Assembly (NCBI RefSeq): GCF_964355755.1
Contig: NC_092670.1
Location: 8,360,201 to 8,424,200, forward strand
Direction: 5' to 3'
DNA length: 64,000 bases
Source: Antedon mediterranea
Lineage: Eukaryota; Animalia; Echinodermata
Shown piece after piece: positions 25,756 through 38,762 of the stretch. Numbering within the stretch: position 1 is the stretch's first letter; each line of letters opens with the position of its first letter. Made by a program: the position numbers and the translations under genes. The notes beneath the pieces were generated by a model that did not search any database, had not been told where the DNA came from, and saw only the letters and a list, made by a program, of their open reading frames with translations.

Positions 25756-25809
25756 TCATGTTTGCAAGATAAAATAGGCCTATATTTACGGGGCGCCGTA
25801 TGGGACAAT

Positions 25810-26410
25810 GCTAATTTTGTCGAAATATTACAATTTTGTCTACACATAATTAATTTTGTCAATACAAAATTCATTTTGTCAACACAAAATTTATTTTGTA
25901 TTGACAAAATTCATTTTATGTTGACAAAATTTATTCTGTGTGGACAAAATTAATTTTGTCTTGACAAAATTCATTTTGTCTTGACAAAATTCATTTTGTC
26001 TTGACAAAATTCATTTTGTCATTTTGTCTCGACAAAATTAATTCTGTGTAAACAAAATTCATTCTGTGTAGACAAAATTAATTCTGTGTTGACAAAATTA
26101 ATTCTGTGTAGACAAAATTCATTCTGTAACGACAAAATTCATTTTGTGGCGACAAAATTCATTCTGTAACGACAAAATTCATTTTGTGTAGACAAAATTA
26201 ATTCTGTGTGGACAAAATTAATTCTGTGTAGACAAAATTAATTCTGTGTGGACAAAATTCATTTTGTGGCGACAAAATGTATTCTGTGTAGACAAAATTT
26301 ATTCTGTGTAGACAAAATTCATTCTGTGTAGACAAAATTCATTCTGTGTAGACAAAATTCATTTTGTTGCGACAAAATTTATTTTGTCGCGACAAAAATA
26401 AATTTTGTTA
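25810..26410. repeat. 20-bp tandem array in the left TIR
   Basis: Unit gacaaaatt(c/a)att(c/t)tgtgta, each unit quasi-palindromic, about 30 copies. Confidence 0.95.
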
Positions 26411-27756
26411 GCCGAGCCTACTCAAGCGTGGGACAAAACGTTTTAACATTTAAATTAGAAGGCGGGGTTGTTATTGGAAACTCGAAGATTGACAGTTATA
26501 GGCCTACGATCAAACAGCTCACGAATATCATTTTACGACCTCCTCTACACCGGTGAACTTGAATACTTTGCGTCGAGTATAAGTACAGTTTATACTGACG
26601 TATAACAATATTATTGTATACTTAAAATTAATTCCGATTCAGCAAAACGGAACACGTAGCCCTCCCGGGTAGCCCTATATGCCTACCAATTTTGGTAATA
26701 AATATTAAAGATGGTTGAAGATTTATATCGATACCGATAATATTGATAAAGAAAATGACAACACTATTTACGATAACATCTGATAAGTTGAGTAGTAATG
26801 AAATGATTTTAGTTAATACATTTATTTTAATATAATAGTTAGTATAGGCCTATTTATTCTTATGGGAATTGCGTCGTCTATATATAGGCCTACCAAGTTA
26901 ATTTGATAGGAATACTAAATTGCTAATAGGCCTAACTCAAGGGAACAAAACTATGATATATCTCTTAAGACATATTGTCTCTAATTGGAATAATAGAGAT
27001 ATCTTTATTGAAACGATATCTTGGTTATAACAGGGATATATCTCTATTGGAACCTAAGATCTATATTGTAAACTATAACTACATCTATTAAAAACTAAGA
27101 TATTTTAGTTGCCTAAATAAATGACAGTTTGGTACGCCATAGATTATGATATTGCAAATTGTCGTTAAAAAGTTAAATTTAATTTCAAATTTACGTTTAA
27201 CTATTAATTTTACTCTCGGTTGCATATTATTATATATTTACACCCTCGAAAGATATAATTCAACTTTGACCAAATAGTTATGTGGGTGTTCACACAACTG
27301 ACATATGGCGCCACTCAAGTATCCATTCCCATGACAGTGTATATAATCTTTCCACCTTCTCCATGATTGATTTTATTTATTATTGCTAATTGCAAATAAT
27401 TGTTTATAGGTTTACATTGTTCTTTGTACTTTTAATGTACGTATTCAGTCTTTGCCTGGCTTGATAAGATTGATGTTAAATAAAAATGCATTTTCCACTA
27501 ATAAAATATGGAGTTGTATCAAGAAAGTATTGTAATTTCGGGCAGAATGGTTTTCGGTCTGGAAAGGTCATTATTACACTGTCTGGGGTGTTGATATACA
27601 TCGAATGTTCGAATCGAATCGAATAGCCCCATTATTGAAGCTTTACCTGAAGAGGTCCTAGACAACTTGCGTAATCTTGGAGAAGCCCAGACCCTCAGTC
27701 AACTCAAACCAGAATGGTTTTCGGTCTGGAAAGGTCATTATTACACTGTCTGGGGT

Positions 27757-28670
27757 GGGTGTCACGAAACCTCAGACCACGAAAGCTAAGACCCCCTAAG
27801 ACCTAAGATCACGAAAGCTAAGACCCAAGACCTAAGATTACAAATTCTAAGATATACTACAGCTTAAAAACAATTTTTGTTTATCCATACATAATTTTAA
27901 ACACAGAGGTTTTATTTATTACCATAAATATAATTTAATACTACCGCAAAACACAGATAAACTCACATTATTTTCGCCCGTTGAGTAAATGTATATTTTT
28001 TCTTTACAACAAACAAACTTGACGGGTTGTTTGTTGGTATATATTTAGGATGTTTTTCTTACGCACCTGCCTTTCTTGTATTTTGACTCCAAATTTGTTT
28101 ACTAACTTTATCCTGAATACCACACTTTAAAATTAGGACTTATAAGTACTTTCAGAAGGAGAAACACATAATAACAAATAAATAAATCCTTTAAATTGAT
28201 GATTTTACAGACGTGTTTCTTTGTATACTGTAATGTAACTCCTCGAGCTCCCCCAAGCTCAATGTTTTTGTTTCTATGGAGCGCCAAAAGAGCAACAATA
28301 ATAATACAAGTATAAAAACAGAAAGAAAACGAAACAAAAAAACTTATCATGATTTTTAAGTTAAAATTTATTTGCCAGTATTTATTTCTTCGTACTTGCA
28401 TGATTATACTATTATCATTACAATTTTAATTTTACATTGTTCCATCCACACACTGTAGATGGACTCGCTCCACAGAGTTTTCAGCCCTCTATATAATTTT
28501 TGCTCTTTTGACGTTCCATAGAAACAAAAACATTGAACATGGGGTAGGCCTACCAGTGTAGTGTAGGCTAGTCATTTTGTGTGCGAGAAAAACGTCTGTA
28601 AAATCATCAATTTAAAAATGTATTTGTTACTTGTTATGTGATTCTTTTTCATGAAAGTGCCAATTCTAAG
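27757..28670. mobile_element. Nested palindromic MITE-like element, right end truncated
   Basis: Terminus gggtgtcacgaaacc followed by ctaagacc repeats; internal inverted arms ~28110-28300 / 28495-28670. The complementary right part with the other terminus is at 41745-42197. Confidence 0.6.
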
Positions 28671-28979
28671 GTCTGGTCGGTTGGCAAACGTTGTTTACAC
28701 TAATTATTTAATCTCTCTGCATTCTTATACAGCGCCCTCTATAATGTTCCCTATTATGTCATAATTAATCATGAATTATTCATGATTTCTGCCCACGTTC
28801 GTCCTGGAAAAAAAAATTACGCGGCCAGGTAGCCTACGTTGGCTAGGTTCAGGACTGATTGCCCATAAAACAAAACTAACGTGAGCAATCTTTTGTAGTC
28901 AGTTCTTTAAATGTTTTTTTTTTCAAATAACGGACAGCTTTCAGCATCATTATTTCTGCAATGATTATTATTGTCTTAA

Positions 28980-29298
28980 AGATATATTGTCCCCTGAAAA
29001 AAATGTTTTTTTTAATCTTTTTGTTGAATATGTTATTTTAATGTCACATAATAGTTATTCACTTTCACAAAAAATTGGGTCTGAAAAAAAATTATTTACC
29101 TGAAAAAATTTAAAGCAAAAAATTGTCAAATTGTCTGGAAGCCAATGAGTTTTTGGATAATTTAACTGTTTATTTTGTCTTTTTATAGTTGAAATAATTT
29201 TTTTCCCCGTTCTTTTTTCTTATGGAAGTGAACAACTTCATTAAAACTGCATAATGGCCTATTCTTTATTTTTCATGATTTTGGGAGACAATACATCT
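28980..29298. mobile_element. Kolobok-type MITE (319 bp)
   Basis: AGATATATTGTCCCC / GGGAGACAATACATCT TIRs with TTAA TSD on both sides. Confidence 0.8.
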
Positions 29299-29749
29299 TT
29301 AATTTTAAAATAAAGTATATACATTTTATAAGATTAATAAACAATATTTTAAACGACAAAATATTAAATAGCCCCATTACTACAATTTTACTTAAGTAAT
29401 AAGCAGGGCTCTAATGAAAACCATTTTCCGATTTTTTAATATAGAATACATTATAATAATAATTACTGACGACGTAGATATTAAATTGTCAAAGTATGAA
29501 TACTGATCATATCTGATATTTTCAGGGGTTCCCTGATATTATAAAATAGATTAATATGATAGCAATAGAGACGGAGGCATGCTCAGCCATAATAACTTAA
29601 CCAATAACAAATGTCAAAGATAGCTTCACCCTGTCTTGCCCTTTTCACGTTTAAACTCCGCCTTCTAATTTAAATATTAAAACGGAGCCTACTCAAGCGT
29701 GGGACAAAATGTTTTAAAAAACGTTTTGTCCCACGCTTGAGTAGGCTCG

Positions 29750-30300
29750 GCTAACAAAATTTATTTTGTCTCGACAAAATGAATTTTGTTGCAACAAAAT
29801 TCATTTTGTCTACACAGAATGAATTTTGTCTACACAGAATTAATTTTGTCCACACAGAATTAATTTTGTCCACACAGAATTAATTTTGTCCACACAGAAT
29901 AAATTTTGTCTACACAGAATTAATTTTGTCCACACAGAATTAATTTTGTCTACACAAAATTAATTTTGTCGTTACAGAATGAATTTTGTCGCCACAAAAT
30001 GAATTTTGTCGTTACAGAATGAATTTTGTCTACACAGAATTAATTTTGTCAACACAGAATTAATTTTGTCAACACAGAATTAATTTTGTCTACACAGAAT
30101 GAATTTTGTTTACACAGAATTAATTTTGTCGAGACAAAATGAATTTTGTCCACACAGAATAAATTTTTTCAACAAAAAATGAATTTTGTCAATACAAAAT
30201 GAATTTTGTCAATACAAAATGAATTTTGTGTTGACAAAATGAATTTTGTATTGACAAAATTAATTATGTGTAGACAAAATTGTAATATTTCGACAAAATT
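29750..30300. repeat. 20-bp tandem array in the right TIR (inverted)
   Basis: Reverse complement of the 25810-26410 array, with a different copy number. Confidence 0.95.
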
Positions 30301-30835
30301 AGCAATGTCCCAAACGGCGCCCCGTATATATTTGGTTGAGGACACACACCACGCCACACGACACGTGGTGTGAGGAGAATAGTAGAGACACATGTGACAT
30401 ACACATTTCAACGGGTTGATTTCACCAAAGATAGTGTTTGATTTCACTGTAAAGATAATGTACTTACAATACTAATGATTGATGAATATTTAAGTTAAGG
30501 TAGCTATGCTAGTTACTATACATTATTTCTAGGTATAGGCCTCCTAGGCATGTTATTTCATGGAGTGATATTACTCAATGGTTAAGTAATTAATTTACTA
30601 CCTAGCAGCTAGAATTTCGCTAGTATAGTAGTAACATGATAACCGATCAGTGCTACTGTACAGTTAGGTCGCAATTCAAATCGGCCGTGGTGTTACGTAT
30701 TCGGTCGCTGCACCGCTCGACCTTCGCAGTTTCGAGGTATATTCAGAGCGTCATTTCGACGATCGAGCATTCTCTACTTCTACGGAGCGCCATTTATGCC
30801 TTTATTTACTTCCGAATTAGAAATAGTACTACGGT

Positions 30836-31662
30836 AACTGCTCCAGTGGACCAAATTTAGCACCGGTGGAGCACAGTGATATAAAATAGAAATAAGTCAC
30901 TAATTTTAATATCTTTTCGTATGTAAATACACTGTGCTCAAGTGGACACAATTTGGCGCCAGTGAAGAGCACAGTGATATAAAATAGAAATAAGTCACTG
31001 AATTTTAATATCTTTTCGTATGTTAATAACACTGTGCTCAAGTGGACCCAATTTGGAGCCATGGGAGCACAATTATATAAAATAAAAATAATCACTGAAT
31101 TTTAATATCTTTTCGTATGTTAATACACTGTGCTCAAGTGGACCCAATTTGGAGCCAGTGGAGCACAGTGATATAAAATAGAAAAAAAGTCACTGAATTT
31201 TAATATCTTTTCGTATGTTAATACACTGTGCTCAAGTGAACCCAATTTGGAGCCAGTGGAGCACAGTGATATAAAATAGAAATAAGTCACTGAATTTTAA
31301 TATCTTTTCGTATGTTAATACACTGTGCTCAAGTGAACCCAATTTGGAGCCAGTGGAGCACAGTGATATAAAATAGAAATAAGTCACTGAATGTTAATAT
31401 CTTTTCGTATGTTAATACACTGTGCTCAAGTGGACCTAATTTGGCGCCAGTGGAGCACAGTGATATAAAATAGAAATAAGTCACTGAATTTTAATATATT
31501 TTCGTATGTTAATACACTGTGCTCACGTGGACCCAATTTGGCGCGCGCGCCAGTGAGCACACAGTGATATAAAATAGAAAAAAGTCACTAAATTATAATA
31601 TCTTTTCGTATTTCAATACACTGTGCTCAAGTGGACCCAATTTGGCACCAACGGGAGCACAG
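30836..31662. repeat. 97-bp tandem array, about 9 copies, each with a hairpin
   Basis: CACTGTGCTC starts at 31126, 31224, 31321, 31418 and 31515; each unit contains CACTGTGCTC...GAGCACAGTG. Confidence 0.95.
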
Positions 31663-31866
31663 GGAAATAGTCACATACAAAAACATCGAGAAAAAATACT
31701 TCTGGAATTTAAAAATATTTCAAACTTGGTATATTTGTTCAATATCGGTTACTCCATCCGTAAACCAAAATCATGTCAGTGATTTTAATAACTTGCGTTT
31801 GCTTAAGATACGACTTACGAAAAAACATACAATTCCGACACTATACTGTATGTTAAACTCTAATAA

Positions 31867-34800
31867 TAGGTATCCCAATGAAAGCGCACAGAGGGGTATC
31901 ACTTTTGAAATATTGACGAAATTCGAAAAAGTAGTATGACTTTGATGTTAAATAAATCGTATTCAATCTTAATTAATACTTACAAAATTTATATTGTTTG
32001 AAAGTACTTGTTTTAATCTATGTATAAGTGTGTTTATAATTAAAATTAATGAATTAGTTGCCGAGAAAATGCGATTTTAAAACGGTTCTAAAATCCCGTC
32101 GAGCCGATTTCCGCGCGTTGAAAACCTCATCGGAAAATCCCCATCAGTTTTCAAAACACGATCGCACGATTACCATTGGAGCTAGCGGATTAATTTTTGT
32201 TGTATGTTATCAGGCTTTAAATAAGCTTTAATTTGATACGAAAATCGTCTTCTATAAATAGGTTTTTCGTAACGAAAAGTCAATTTTTGTGAAAAAAATC
32301 CAATTTTGATTCACCGTTTATGGAAAAATATTATGGATTTTGGTATTAAATTATAGCTAAATCTACATTGAAATCGATAAAACATAGTTTACAAACGTAT
32401 TGTGCATGGTAATTGAGCGAACTACATTTTAAAATGGTGCATGAGGCGTAAATCCCGTTCAAAATTTTAAAGATGTATTGTCCCCCAAAAAATGAAAAAT
32501 AAAGATGAAAAAAATCAAATTTTGAATAGACCGTTTTGTAGTTAACATAAAGTTATTCACTTCCACCGAAAAAAAATCCGAAAAAAATATTGATTTCGCT
32601 TATAAAAAAATCAAAATAAATTTACCATTTTTTCGAACTCATCGGCTCAGAAATTAGGCCGGTAGAGCTAACTCATACATATGCATGAAATGTTAATGAG
32701 CATCCACACAGCAGAGATCTGATCTAACAATGGACGATGCACGTTGTATGGTACAACAACACCACCAGAGATCGACGCGACTGTGGGTTTCCCTGGGATG
32801 GGATGGCTGATCGTATAAATATGTAAAGCTGAGCTGTTAATTTGTCGGTATGTAGGCCTAGACGGTTATTTTAAATATAATAATATATATAACGCAATAA
32901 TAACTGGAAGGTAAATTAATTAACTTAGCATGGGATTTTTTCAGTTCAGGGCTAGGCCTAGAATAATTAATACATGCTGCTGCATATTACTAGGCTAGTA
33001 GCAAGCAGACTGTGACAATCGGGTCCCTGCAGAAGATGCCCAGCTAGGCATTGTACTCTTCATAGACTGGCCTAGGCTATATGCCATCAATCTTAGCTAC
33101 ATTCCGAAAATACAGCCAGCTTGCTGTACCATATATATTTACAGTTGAAGCTAATTTTTATGATAAAAATAAAACAAACATTTTTCAGGGAAAATGGTTG
33201 CAATACAAGCCTGAAATTGAGAACCTTCCAGCATGCAGCACTGTACAAGTAGACAGAGGGGAAAAGCCAGCTTAGCCATTTTACAACACAAACAAATGTT
33301 CTCTGTACTGTAGTAAGTCAAATATTTATTTTCTATTTTTATAAGTTATAACATTATAAGTAATGTGTTTTAATTACCATAGAAAGGTAGTATACTTATT
33401 TGACTATGTCAAAGTAAGCAATTTCACTAGCCCAATTTTGCACTAAATATGCATGATCTATTTTTTCCAGATTTTCATACTTTGCTTTTACTTTTTTTTA
33501 AGACGTTGAGCTGATGAAGACTGCAACAGAGGTCACCCAAAGACAACAATGATAGACTCGGTATTGGAATATGATTGGATATTGCAGGAAAAATATTTCT
33601 GACTCTCCTGCTGCATTCGGCCAATATGTTCTTGTCCAGCTTGGAAAATATTGTATAATTTTTTTTTTGTATTATATGTACAGTACAGTATATTATTTTG
33701 TAAACATAACATTCAATAAATAAAAAAAAACTACTAAAACAGTACACAGGATAAATTCTTCAAATTTACTTACACTTCATAATTTTACTGTAAATATTAC
33801 AGTGCAAAAGGAGTTAATAAAATATATATATACAGTATCTTATTGAATTCCTGTATTGTTTTTTGTGTCAATTTGTCTACTAATTATCAATGTGTTGATT
33901 ATGGCAGTAATTACGACAGCTATAGTCTTCTAAGATCGCTCACATCCATTACAAAGTGTCATTTTAATAGTAAGAAACGTTTCAATAAATTGTGAATGTT
34001 GCCACTGTACGATACATTTTATGTTTCTCACTACTTGCTCTTATTGTTCAATCAATCAACCTAAAAAAAAAAAAGAAATTTGTGTCAAAATATCTGCATA
34101 AAATGTTTATTTGCGGAATGTTAATTTGAACCTATTGCATTTGATACAGAAAATATTTTTAAAATATTGCATCAGTAAAACATCCAAAACAATAGGCCTA
34201 TTTAGATTTTCTTTTTTTTTAATTTTCACTGCCGAATAGATAGTTAAAATCTTTAAAAATTAAACCAATTCATCATGATTAAAACAAAAATACATCCCTT
34301 CTGGTGGTGGTCTACTGTAGCCCTAGCTAGCAGTGTACTGCCTAGGCCTACTACACACACTACTTCTAGAGACAGAAGTAGGCAGCAGTTAGGCTACTCG
34401 AGACTGTCAGTACTAGGCCTAGTAGTAGACTAGTAGGTATAGTACAGTAGCAGCAAATTCGGGCCTAGGCCTAGCTAGGCCTCTCCTGTTAGCGAAACAA
34501 AAACTCACCTAAATGAATAAGATTCAACATCAAAGTTACCAACTGTAATTCTAACTTAGCATTCAGCTAGCTATAGTTTCCGTGTTTTCTTCAAGATTCG
34601 TCTCGCATCACTACTCGACTCTCTCGCACGCATGGCATTGCTATCGTTGTTGGCTGTTGATTTGGAAAGCGTCATCATCCACACAATGTATCCATACAAT
34701 ATGAATATTTATGAGCTAACTCAGGTCAAGGGTTAAATTAAACCGGAACACATTTGTCTTCCAGACAAATAGCTTCCGGTTGGTTAATTTTTGCATTAAA

Positions 34801-36352
34801 TTGCGATTTTCCCGTGTAAAAAATTATTTTTTTCAATCCAAATTGAGGTCAAAGTGAATAACTTTTATGTGCAATTAAAATGGCCTATTCAACAAAAATA
34901 TCGAAAAAAAAATTTTTTCCAGGGGGACAATACATCTTTAAAGATCCAACCATTATAATCCGGTGAATATTGTAGTGAGTAAAATATTGTACTCTAAAAT
35001 ACGCGCGTGTTTGTTGTGGCGTTTTCCGTTAAATACATTAATGCACCCTATCAGCGAATGGTACGTTCCATATTTTGAACACGTTGTTTAGTTTTCCTCG
35101 CTCGAGTTCGACCGGCTCGACGCGAGATGTGTGACAGCAGCGATGTCGGAGATTGACATGTCCTTTTCCGTCGTAGAATATCTGGTTTTACACATTAATT
35201 TAACAACTTAAAATTGATGTAATGTGCGGAAGATTTATTATGCAAGTATACAATGCAAATGCGTTAGGTTAAAATGTACCGAGGAAATTTATTAAGCTAA
35301 TTTACCAACGTTACATTTGACTCTGTATACGGCGGCCGAAAGTCATTAACTGCGACCGAAATACTTTAACGGAGCGACTACTGATCGCGAGTAAGCCGTG
35401 ACTTGGCCTAAACTTTAGCTCCGTATTTCAATTTAATAACGTAATAATACGAAAAGAAAACAATTTTTATAATGTTATATATACTATTCAGGTAAACAAT
35501 TAATTGTTTTAATTAACATTGATTATTTTAAATGAGTTTATTTTGACCCATATTGTGCGTTTGCCTTAAAAGAGCATATCTTACTTAGCAGCCCGGCTTA
35601 GATTTGGTGTCATAATCATATGGGCCTAAAATCTTGTTTTACGTATTCAAAAGTTATATATAATAGTATTTATGATTGAAATTATAAATATAAAGTATAT
35701 TAAAATATTCTAATAATTATACTTACCGAAAATTAGTGTAAAAGAAAAGAAACAGTACACACCGTTTTTAACATACTTTTTCATTTTTTCTTTTTATAAT
35801 TTTAAATTTCACCATTAAAAAAATTTTTTTTTTTCATATACACATCTAAAATATATTTATTAATGAAATATACACTACATTCTAACAAGTACAAAAAAAA
35901 TTAAATGAATTAGTACAGTAGTTCAAAAGTTACAGATCATTGAAAAATAGCAGTTTTTTCATTTTTTAGGGAATTCCAGCAAAAATGGGCGTTACATGCT
36001 TTCCTACCACTTTGCGGACCAATAATTTAAAAAATAGGTTTCGTTGAGGCTCCAAAAAAAATAGAGTTGTACAACTCTGTGATATCTATAGGTTTAACAA
36101 AATTCAAAACTTTTAACTAATTATTGTAAAAGTTATAACCTTTTAAAAATGCTTCCAATTTCAACTGCAAAAAACACCATTTTTAGGCAAAAAATCGTAT
36201 ATTTTTTTACCACTTTAAATAACCATAACTTTAGAACGGGTAATCGGATTTCAATCATTTAAATCGCAAAATGCTAATTACATTAAGTTCTTTATGGTTA
36301 ACTGAAAGAAAATGTAAAAAAATTAATCTGAATTTTTTCATTGGGATACCTA
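31867..36352. mobile_element. Putative non-autonomous TIR element, superfamily unresolved
   Basis: 17-bp inverted termini TAGGTATCCCAATGAAA / TTTCATTGGGATACCTA flanked by direct CTAATAA. Can also be read as GG..CC ends with a TA TSD. Confidence 0.5.
32471..34937. mobile_element. Non-autonomous Kolobok-type element, nested
   Basis: AGATGTATTGTCCCCC / GGGGGACAATACATCT TIRs; TTAA TSD at 32467-32470 and 34938-34941; no recognisable ORF. Confidence 0.85.
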
Positions 36353-36439
36353 CTAATAATGATTTTTACAAAAAAAAACCCGGTTAGGAATTCGATTTTT
36401 TCCCTGTAAATTGAGCAACTTAAATTAAAAATATACCAA

Positions 36440-37205
36440 GAAATACTGTATATATTGAAATCAAGGAGTTTTTTTTTTTACAAAAGAAATGTTCGTATGT
36501 TAATACACTGTGCTCCAGTGGATCCAATTTGGCGCCAGTGGAGCACAGGGAAATAGTCACATACAAAAACATCGAGAAAAAATACTTCTGGATTTCAAAA
36601 ATATTTCAAACTTGGTATATAAGTTCAATATCGGTTACTCCATCCGTAATGCAAATGAAAAATTAGTTTCAAGCCATATCAGTGATTTTAGTAATTTCCG
36701 TTCGTTTAAAATGTATATTTATGATAGAATATAGAATTCCAACACATTTTTTAAACTTTAAATTTTGATCGTCATAAAATAATTGTCCTACACATTTGAA
36801 ATTTGGTAGTATACGTTCAATAGGTTACTACACGTTCAATATGTTACTACATAATTCATATTTTTAACATGTCTTTTTTTTAATCGCTAAAGTTTAAAAA
36901 AAATGTGTTGGAATTGTATGTTCTTTCATAAGTATTTATCTTAGACAAACGCAAGTTATTAAAATCACTAATGTGGCTTGAAACTATTTTTTCTTTTGAA
37001 TTACGGATGGAGTAACCGATATTGAACTTATATACCAAGTTTGAAATATTTTTGAATTCGATAAATATTTTTTCTAGAAGTTTTTATATGTGACTATTTC
37101 CCTGTGCTCCACTGGCGCCAAATTGGATCCACTGGAGCACAGTGTATTAACATATGAACATTTCTTTTGTAAAAAAAAATTACTCCTTGATTTCAATATA
37201 TATTT
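36440..37205. repeat. Long inverted repeat (~330-bp arms, ~110-bp spacer)
   Basis: 36440-36770 is the imperfect reverse complement of 36880-37205. A third, direct copy of the arm at ~31619-31845 abuts the 97-bp array. Confidence 0.85.
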
Positions 37206-37905
37206 AGGTGATCATTTAGAATAAAATGATCACCTATTGTTATTGTATGAAATCTTTGTTATTATTTATTACTTTCTGTACAGATTTTGTGTAACAGATA
37301 TCTCAAAAAGTTTAATGTCATTGATTACCAAAATTTCACAATGTATTTCAAATACTTTAACTTAGGTCTAATAAGCTTTTCAGCGTGATCACTCAACCGT
37401 GACGTAATTTATACGCCATTTTGTGAAATCACATTATCAATCATATCTCCATAATTAATTATTACATATTAATGTAATTCACTAAACGTAAACTTCAGGT
37501 CAAGGGTAAAAATATTAGCAAATAAAAACGCACACACACGTAGGGTCATGCGCATGAAATCGCGCTTTAAAAATTAAAAAACCTCAAAATTAAGTTTTGA
37601 TCAATTTAGAGCATGAATTAGGCCATTTGTGTGTTTCAAAAAATTACTGCGCAAAAAAAAGTTTTTGCGCGCGCGATACTTAAAAAGCGTAAAAAATACG
37701 ATTTTTTTTTACAAAACGCATTCTACTCACCATCTTTAGTACATTCACCAAATTTGAGTCAGTTCCGATATAAAATAACGCTATACGAGCAGGTTCAAAA
37801 TGACAAAATGCGCAAATTAATTGCATCAAAGTGTTGAAAATGGTGAAAAATGAGGCATTTTTAAAATGAAAATAATTCTTCAGAATGCACGATGACCCCC
37901 AATTA
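37205..37905 (+). mobile_element. 3'-truncated copy of HINE family 2
   Basis: Collinear with 3850-4515. Confidence 0.7.
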
Positions 37906-38762
37906 GGCCATCAGCTGTAACTCAAAAAGTGGCTAGAAAATGACTTTCGTTCCAGTAACGGCGGCACTACTTTTTGAAAGCAAATACTGATAATTTAACC
38001 CTTTATACATGTTATGTTAAAGTTTCTTTAAAAAATATGCTGCTGTTTTTTGTCAGGAGTGATTGAAACTCGTGATGGTACCATAAAAAGGGCCTATTTT
38101 GAGGTCTGAGCCCATGTTTGGGTAGCTGTAACTTTATTTATAAATACCTTTAGCATTTGAAATTTTTAACACGTATTCCAAACACAGTGTATATCACAAA
38201 TCCAAAATTTTCAATTTCAAATGTAAAAATCCTTAAAATAACAGTAACTGAAAAAGGGCGAGTTGTTAGACCTTCTGCCGTGAATGTTTACATTACATCG
38301 AGTAAATAAACGAACGAATCGGTTAATTGTATACATTATAAACATATTGTTATGTACTAAATATAAACAGTTTGTGTGGTTTTAAGAAATGAAAAATAAT
38401 AAGAAACAAAGAAAATTTTGATTTTTTTTTGGTCGGTTGCATCCAGTGGCCTTCCATACATTTGATGACGCCCTCTATTGACATTTTCCTACAAAACTTT
38501 TAAATTCTCATTATACAGTAATGTGATACAGTAACAGACGTTGAAAGTAGTTGTAATAAAAACATTTGCTATATATACATAAAATGATTGATTTTGTTGT
38601 TGTTAAAACCATATTTGCATTCGTTGTTTTACATTTTAAAAAAGTAATTTAAATATATAAAGTAAGTAACAAAATGGCAATATAAAGACGATAAAAATTG
38701 ATTAAAAACGTACTTTTGACAGTTGTCATTATTCTATAAAGCTCGTTTTTTGTGTTCATGTT

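Larger units (their letters stand above)
25787..30326. mobile_element. Non-autonomous IS3EU-like element with ~680-bp foldback TIRs
   Basis: Ends TACGGGGCGCCGT... / ...ACGGCGCCCCGTA with 6-bp TSD TATATT (25781-25786, 30327-30332). TAY termini plus a 6-bp TSD are the IS3EU signature. No transposase ORF. Confidence 0.8.

Noticed and set aside
31126-31170. RSS-like heptamers CACTGTG...CACAGTG bracketing ~31 bp like a D segment
   Set aside because: No ACAAAAACC-like nonamer at 12 or 23 bp on either side, intervening segments nearly identical, no RAG or Transib ORF in the window.
25810-31662. CRISPR-like appearance of the 20-bp and 97-bp arrays (and the 56-bp array at 59432)
   Set aside because: Head-to-tail repeats without unique spacers, no cas genes, eukaryotic context.
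33508-33545. Hammerhead-like CTGATGAAGAC...GTC (also ctgaagaggtc at ~27646)
   Set aside because: The required GAAA after stem II is missing.
30662-35412. Possible TIR pair agttaggtcgc / ttggcctaaact
   Set aside because: Similarity is weak and gapped, there is no TSD, and it conflicts with the better-supported nested elements.
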